Source of the DNA: an archaeon
Lineage (GTDB): Archaea > Iainarchaeota > Iainarchaeia > Iainarchaeales > CSSED10-239
Direction: 5' to 3'
Length of the DNA stretch: 11,113 nucleotides
Assembly: GCA_035390665.1 (NCBI GenBank)
Contig: DAOOUC010000017.1
Location: 1-11,113 of the forward strand
Part shown: positions 6,774 to 11,113 of the stretch, piece by piece
Layout: every line of letters starts with the position of its first letter
How positions within the stretch are numbered: position 1 is the stretch's first letter
Notes under the pieces: generated by a model
What the model was told of the DNA's origin: nothing
Database searches by the model: none
What the model saw: the letters and a program-made list of their open reading frames with translations, nothing else
Translations under genes and position numbers: made by a program

Positions 6774-7514
6774 ATGCAGAAAGATTATCATGATTATTTA
6801 GTAAAGTTACAAGAACTTGGATTATCTAAGAATGAGGCAGTAATTTATTTGGAGTTATTAAACTCTGGAGAGATTTCCGCAAATGATCTTTCAAGAAAAG
6901 TAAGTTTTGATAGAACTTTGTGTTATCAATTATTAAATAAATTAATTGAAAAAGGATTAGTTCAAAGTTATGTCAAGCAAAAAAAGAAAATATTTAATCT
7001 TACAGACCCAAAGGATTTATTACTACCAATAAAACAAAAAGAGCAAATTGCTCAAAGCTTAATTACTGAATTAAATATCTTAAAATCAAGAACAAAATAC
7101 GAAGAACAAAATCTATTGATTTATCAAGGAGATAACGGAGTAGATGCTGTCTTTAATGAACTACTAAATTCAAAAGAAGTTTTTATATTTGGTGGAGCTA
7201 CTAAAACATTTAATATTAGAAAAATGCCATGTACAATTGTAAAAAAACTAAATCAATTAAATCTAAAAGGTAAAGCAATAATATCTGATGTAAATGATTA
7301 CAAAGAATGTGGCTTTAATCTTAAACAATTAAAAGTAAGGGAATTAAAAGGAATGAACAATGTTGTTACAACAATAATTTATGGAGATAAAATAGGAATA
7401 CACATTATAGCAGAAACTCCAATCGTAATATTTATTAATAACAAAACAGTTGCAAAATCTTATTTAGAACATTTTAATAATTTGTGGAATCAAGCAAAGG
7501 ACATTAAGAGATAA
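6774..7514 (+). CDS. TrmB family transcriptional regulator
   Basis: N-terminal wHTH (LGLSKNEAVIYLELLNSGEISANDLSRKVSFDRTLCYQLLNKLIEKGLVQSYVKQKKKIFNLTDPKDLL) followed by the PLD-like domain seen in TrmB regulators. Confidence 0.88.
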   Translation: MQKDYHDYLVKLQELGLSKNEAVIYLELLNSGEISANDLSRKVSFDRTLCYQLLNKLIEKGLVQSYVKQKKKIFNLTDPKDLLLPIKQKEQIAQSLITELNILKSRTKYEEQNLLIYQGDNGVDAVFNELLNSKEVFIFGGATKTFNIRKMPCTIVKKLNQLNLKGKAIISDVNDYKECGFNLKQLKVRELKGMNNVVTTIIYGDKIGIHIIAETPIVIFINNKTVAKSYLEHFNNLWNQAKDIKR

Positions 7515-7517
7515 AAT

Positions 7518-8696
7518 ATGAGTATCTTAGAAAACACCTTAGAGAAACTAGCAGAGGTTCAAAAGAAGCACAATTACTATATTCTAGTAGCTGTAATTAT
7601 AATTACAATATTTATGGCAATTGGGGCATCAAAACTACAAATGCAAACAGACATGAGTAAAGAGATGCCACAAGACCTTCCGATCTTTAAATTAAATGAA
7701 AGAATTACAGATAAGTTTGGAGGACAAGACACAATTTTAGTTGTTTTACAAGTAGATGATTCTTCAAATTCAAAAGATGCAATAACGGATCTAAGAGATC
7801 CAAAAGTAATAACTTATCTTCAAGAGCTAGAATATTCACTTACAAAAGAAACATCAATTGACGGAGCATATTCTGTTGCAACTTACATGAACGGATATCC
7901 AATAACAACAAAAGAACAAGTAATTGCTTTTATAAAAAATGTTCCACAAACTTCTTCCTTTTATAGTAAAGACTATAAAGTCACAGCAATGTACATTACT
8001 ACAGATTTAGGAACAAGTGAAGATAGAATTATTTCAACAACAGATCTAATTAATGATAAAATAAACTCTTTATCAAAACCTCCTGGAGTAAAAGTAATGA
8101 TAACCGGAAATGCTCCGATGAGAGTTACACTTCTAGAGATTCTAAAAAAAGATGCGATATTTACTTTGCTTTTAGCTGCTTTAATTATTTTAGTTATTTT
8201 ATTTATTACAGAAAAATCAGTACCAAAAGGAATAATTGTTTTTACACCACTTTTCTTTGGAATAATTTGGACAGTTGGAACAATGGGTTGGGTTGGTTTA
8301 AAATTATCTGTTGCAACTGTTGGTATTGGTGCAATGATTTTGGGTCTTGGTGTTGAATATGGGGTATTTATGCTTGCAAGATATAAAGAAGAAAGAGAGA
8401 AGGGCAAAAGTCAATTAAATACCTTAAAATTATCAGTTCCTTCAGTGGGTATCGGCATACTTGGTTCAGCTACAACAACAATTGTTGGTTTCTTGGCACT
8501 AACTTTATCAGTTATGCCAATGCTTCAGCATTTAGGGTTGTCTTTAGCTCTTGGAATTTTTTATTGTCTTCTAGCAGCGTTATTTATTGAACCAGTTTTT
8601 ATTATAAAGATGGAAGAATGGGAATATCATTTTGCAAATAGATTACATGATAAGTTTGCAAAGATGAAAGAATCTGCAAAAAGTGATCTAGAATGA
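7518..8696 (+). CDS. RND/MMPL (HAE3-like) transporter, half-size subunit 1
   Basis: 392 aa: N-terminal TM, ~160-aa extracytoplasmic domain (MPQDLPIFKLNERITDKFGGQDTILVVLQVD), then five TM helices including GIGAMILGLGVEYGVFMLARYKEE. Confidence 0.88.
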   Translation: MSILENTLEKLAEVQKKHNYYILVAVIIITIFMAIGASKLQMQTDMSKEMPQDLPIFKLNERITDKFGGQDTILVVLQVDDSSNSKDAITDLRDPKVITYLQELEYSLTKETSIDGAYSVATYMNGYPITTKEQVIAFIKNVPQTSSFYSKDYKVTAMYITTDLGTSEDRIISTTDLINDKINSLSKPPGVKVMITGNAPMRVTLLEILKKDAIFTLLLAALIILVILFITEKSVPKGIIVFTPLFFGIIWTVGTMGWVGLKLSVATVGIGAMILGLGVEYGVFMLARYKEEREKGKSQLNTLKLSVPSVGIGILGSATTTIVGFLALTLSVMPMLQHLGLSLALGIFYCLLAALFIEPVFIIKMEEWEYHFANRLHDKFAKMKESAKSDLE

Positions 8697-9844
8697 ACCA
8701 GATAGATAAATTTGTAGAATGGTATTCAAAGTTTGTTTCAAAAAAATTACTTTTAATGGTCATTATTGTTGTTATTGTTACAGGAATTGCAATTTATTAT
8801 TCCGGAACAGTAACTACAAAAAATATAGACTACAAAGATATGCTTCCAGAAAATAGAGAAACAATCTATGCACTAAATGTAATTTCAGATAATCTTGGCG
8901 GTTCTGATTTTTCAATGATTGCAATTGAGATTGATTCTAAATACATTAATTCAAATGAAAGCAGAGACATTAGAGATCCAGAAATATTAGAATACATTGA
9001 TAAATTAACAAAGCTTTCTGAAAAAATAGAAGACGTTGAGTCTGTATCAAGCCCAACAACAATAATAAGACTTGGGAATAATGGGAATCTTCTAAAATCA
9101 AAAACAGAAATTAATGATTTTATTTTAAATAATCCACAAATGTCTCAATATATAAGTAAAGATTATCAAATGGCTCTTATAAAATTAAGATTAAGAGAAA
9201 ACTATGATGATAAAACAATACTTCAAGAAATGGAATCAACAATCAATCAATTACCAAAAAAAGAAGGAATAACAATTAGTCCTGCAGGTCAAGCTTTAGA
9301 AGGCGCAGTAGTTGATAAACAGATTGGTCCAGACATTTCAAGAACAAGTCAGTTTTCGATGATTGGAATAATTCTAATCTTGTTATTTTTATTTAGATCA
9401 ATAATTTTTGGATTAACTCCGCTTTCAACAATTGTTATTGGTATTGTGTGGGCATTTGGTTTTATTGGATTAATGGGAATAGGTATAAGTTCAATAACGT
9501 CAGGAGTTATTTCTATGATAATGGGTGTAGGAATAGATTTTGGTATACAGATAGTTAATAGATTTAAACAAGAATTGAAAACAACAACAGATGAAGCAAA
9601 AGCGATGGAGATTACACTTAATAATGTAATTATCCCAATGGGTACAACAACAATAGCGGCATTGATAGGTTTTACTGCAATGTCTATGGGAGAACTTTCC
9701 ATTATGAGAGATTTAGGAAACATGCTAACTTATGGAATTGTTGCTTGTTTTTTTGCAGCAATAACAATTGTTCCAGTATTATTAATATTAGTAGTAAAGA
9801 TTTCAAAAAAAGCAAAAGAAAAAATTAAAGAGGGAAAAATATGA
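8693..9844 (+). CDS. RND/MMPL (HAE3-like) transporter, half-size subunit 2
   Basis: 383 aa, same topology as the previous ORF (DMLPENRETIYALNVISDNLGGSDFSMIAIEID; SMIMGVGIDFGIQIVNRFKQE). ATGA overlap with subunit 1. Confidence 0.88.
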   Translation: MNQIDKFVEWYSKFVSKKLLLMVIIVVIVTGIAIYYSGTVTTKNIDYKDMLPENRETIYALNVISDNLGGSDFSMIAIEIDSKYINSNESRDIRDPEILEYIDKLTKLSEKIEDVESVSSPTTIIRLGNNGNLLKSKTEINDFILNNPQMSQYISKDYQMALIKLRLRENYDDKTILQEMESTINQLPKKEGITISPAGQALEGAVVDKQIGPDISRTSQFSMIGIILILLFLFRSIIFGLTPLSTIVIGIVWAFGFIGLMGIGISSITSGVISMIMGVGIDFGIQIVNRFKQELKTTTDEAKAMEITLNNVIIPMGTTTIAALIGFTAMSMGELSIMRDLGNMLTYGIVACFFAAITIVPVLLILVVKISKKAKEKIKEGKI

Positions 9845-11100
9845 ATAAAAGAATAATAAGTATTATGATTGGTATGAGTTTACTTTTAATTGTTGGATTA
9901 TTTATTAGTCCAGTATCTGCAGCAACAAATTTAGACACTGCATCATTAAGAGTAAATCTTCTTAATCAAGATCCTGATCCTGCAGAACCTGGAAAATATG
10001 TAGAAATTAGATTGAAGGCAGAAAAATTTGGAAACAATCCATTAACAAATGTAAATTTCTATTTAGAAACTGAATATCCTTTTTCATTCGATGGTTCAGA
10101 CACGCCAGATAAAAACATAGGTAGAATTAATTACATTAGTGGAGAAGATTGGTATTATACTTTAAAGTATAAACTACTTGTAGATTCTAAAGCACTTGAA
10201 GGAACATATACTTTAAAATTAAAATATAAGATAAATAACTCTCAGATACAAGGAGTAACAGAATTTGATATTTCTGTTTCTGATGCTAAGTATCCTGATT
10301 TTGTTGCAGGAAATATTATTTCAAGTCCAACAAAATTAGTTGCAGATACTGATGCTGCACAACTAAATGTAGAAATAAGTAATATAGGAGACAAAGATGC
10401 TCAAAATGTTGTTGCAAAATTAAATCTTCCAAAAGAGATAAGTGCAACCTATAGTTATTCAGACAGAGCAAACCTTGGAACAATTGGAGAAGGTAGTAGT
10501 AAAACTGCAACCTATTATCTAGATATAGATAAAATTGCAGAAACAAAAAACTATATTGTTCCTTTAGTTATAAGTTATAAAGAAGCAGACGATAAAGAAA
10601 ACGAATATCAAACAAAGACAATAAATCTGGAAATACCAATAAAAGAAAAACCAAAGTTTCAAATACTTTCAATAACAACACAACCAGAGAAGATAATTCC
10701 AGGCAGCGTGGTAAAATTAAAAATTGATTTAAAAAATATTGGAAAAGATGCAGATTCTGTTTCTTTAAAGATATATAAAGAATCAAGTCAACCATTTACC
10801 TTTAATGAAAAAACAGACTATATTGGTAATCTTGATAAAGACCAAGAAGGAAATGCAATTATTTCTTTTGATGTAGATAAAGATGCAGAAGCTAAGAAAT
10901 ATATTCTTGACTTAGAGATAAGAGCAATTGATGGCGAGCAAGTAATTGTGCAAAACGAATCTTTAACAATAGAAGTAGGAAAGAAAGAAAGCACAAATGT
11001 TGTTCTTTACACAATTGTTGGAATAATCGTCTTCTTGGTTGCAGGCGCTTATATCTATTACCAAAACAAAAAAGAAAAGAAAGACAAGAAAAAGAAATAA
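9841..11100 (+). CDS. COG1361-like (S-layer/CARDB/NEW3-type) surface protein: signal peptide, Ig-like repeats, C-terminal TM anchor
   Basis: 419 aa: N-terminal signal (ISIMIGMSLLLIVGLFISPVSAA), repeated beta-rich units (LNVEISNIGDKDAQNVVAKL..., LKIDLKNIGKDADSVSLKI...), C-terminal helix VVLYTIVGIIVFLVAGAYIYY and a Lys-rich tail. ATGA overlap with RND subunit 2. Confidence 0.85.
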   Translation: MNKRIISIMIGMSLLLIVGLFISPVSAATNLDTASLRVNLLNQDPDPAEPGKYVEIRLKAEKFGNNPLTNVNFYLETEYPFSFDGSDTPDKNIGRINYISGEDWYYTLKYKLLVDSKALEGTYTLKLKYKINNSQIQGVTEFDISVSDAKYPDFVAGNIISSPTKLVADTDAAQLNVEISNIGDKDAQNVVAKLNLPKEISATYSYSDRANLGTIGEGSSKTATYYLDIDKIAETKNYIVPLVISYKEADDKENEYQTKTINLEIPIKEKPKFQILSITTQPEKIIPGSVVKLKIDLKNIGKDADSVSLKIYKESSQPFTFNEKTDYIGNLDKDQEGNAIISFDVDKDAEAKKYILDLEIRAIDGEQVIVQNESLTIEVGKKESTNVVLYTIVGIIVFLVAGAYIYYQNKKEKKDKKKK

Positions 11101-11113
11101 GATTCTTTTTCTT

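Noticed and set aside
7973-8407. 144-aa minus-strand ORF
   Set aside because: Antisense to the strongly supported RND subunit 1; composition mirrors the hydrophobic coding strand.
9349-9723. 124-aa minus-strand ORF
   Set aside because: Antisense to RND subunit 2; repetitive Ile/Pro/Thr translation typical of a shadow of TM-coding sequence.
10316-10795. Two minus-strand ORFs (10316-10546, 10568-10795)
   Set aside because: Antisense to the COG1361-like gene; Leu/Tyr-rich low-complexity translations.

Overview
AT-rich, gene-dense window that is probably archaeal, and possibly from a small-genome (DPANN-like) lineage. The lineage is inferred from TATA-like promoters placed for leaderless transcripts, poly-T gene ends, two tRNA-Ser genes without an encoded CCA, a TrmB-family regulator and an archaeal COG1361-like surface protein. 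Left to right: a secreted or membrane-anchored hypothetical protein; a convergent divergent-looking CTP synthase (pyrG, minus strand); tRNA-Ser(UGA); a stand-alone MetRS-beta/CsaA-type tRNA-binding domain protein; a DUF4405-like two-helix membrane protein; a GC-richer structured intergenic region; tRNA-Ser(GGA); a minus-strand trio (MFS transporter, signal-peptide/TM miniprotein, polytopic membrane protein); MscL; a small winged-helix-like protein; a KTSC-like domain protein; and a tightly coupled operon of TrmB-type regulator, two half-size RND/MMPL (HAE3-like) proteins and a COG1361/CARDB-like surface protein. The most interesting item is this last operon, a split RND exporter with an Ig-like, TM-anchored extracytoplasmic partner. 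The structured region upstream of the second tRNA-Ser is also worth a look. I see no CRISPR array, transposon or recognisable defence system.
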